A stretch of DNA of 64,000 bases from Candidatus Pacearchaeota archaeon (GTDB lineage: Archaea > Nanobdellota > Nanobdellia > Pacearchaeales > GW2011-AR1), in assembly GCA_017609285.1 (NCBI GenBank), contig JAFCEE010000002.1, forward strand, positions 8,152-72,151. Direction: 5' to 3'. Below, piece by piece: positions 63,978-64,000 of this stretch. The translations under genes and the position numbers were made by a program. Below the pieces are notes generated by a model, which worked only from the letters and a program-made list of their open reading frames with translations, was not told the origin of the DNA and ran no database searches. Every line of letters starts with the position of its first letter. The first letter of the stretch is position 1.

Positions 63978-64000
63978 AAGTTTTCTCCTATTTCTATGTT

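Noticed and set aside
1-64000. Alternative genetic code or stop-codon recoding
   Set aside because: Conserved genes (PolD, Orc1, Lhr, TyrRS, ABC) read through uninterrupted with the standard code and end at TAA/TGA/TAG. The only interrupted genes, the helicase and Hef, are explained by frame changes and not by in-frame stops.

Overview
This is an AT-rich, gene-dense archaeal chromosome segment. The archaeal markers are Orc1/Cdc6, PolD DP1/DP2, aEF-1beta, an archaeal-type TyrRS, a XerA-type recombinase, Hef/XPF and an intron-containing tRNA-Ser. Small proteins, frequent GGAGG-like ribosome-binding sites and the gene content fit a reduced DPANN-like genome, but the taxon cannot be proven from this window. 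No rRNA, CRISPR array or IS transposase was seen. The window divides into eight blocks. (1) 0.3-6.7 kb holds a recombinase pair, an SSB, stress proteins, a solo Cas4-like nuclease, a frameshifted SF2 helicase and a CPBP protease. (2) 7.3-12.2 kb holds a type IIS-like R-M cassette with an AlwI/BspD6I-like endonuclease, two MTases and an RHH controller; two orphan gene fragments bracket it. (3) 14.2-17.5 kb is a coding-poor, repeat-laden region with two convergent paralogous coiled-coil/repeat/HTH genes. (4) 17.2-21.2 kb is a wHTH-ABC-FtsX-SdpI-like-CARDB-like operon. (5) 21.3-24.7 kb is an Lhr-MPE pair. (6) 27.1-34 kb holds an oriC with inverted ORB-like boxes around an AT-only unwinding region, next to orc1/cdc6-polD. 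(7) 34-47 kb is a housekeeping block that includes a split Hef. (8) 47-63 kb is an envelope block ending in a 12.6-kb single-strand type IV pilus-like operon. That operon encodes an ATPase, an embedded RHH, a platform protein, eleven class III signal-peptide proteins (several large and Cys-rich) and a prepilin peptidase. My top candidates for a novel system are the pilus operon and, second, the repeat/HTH region at 14-17.5 kb. All family assignments come from motif recognition by eye; no searches were run.
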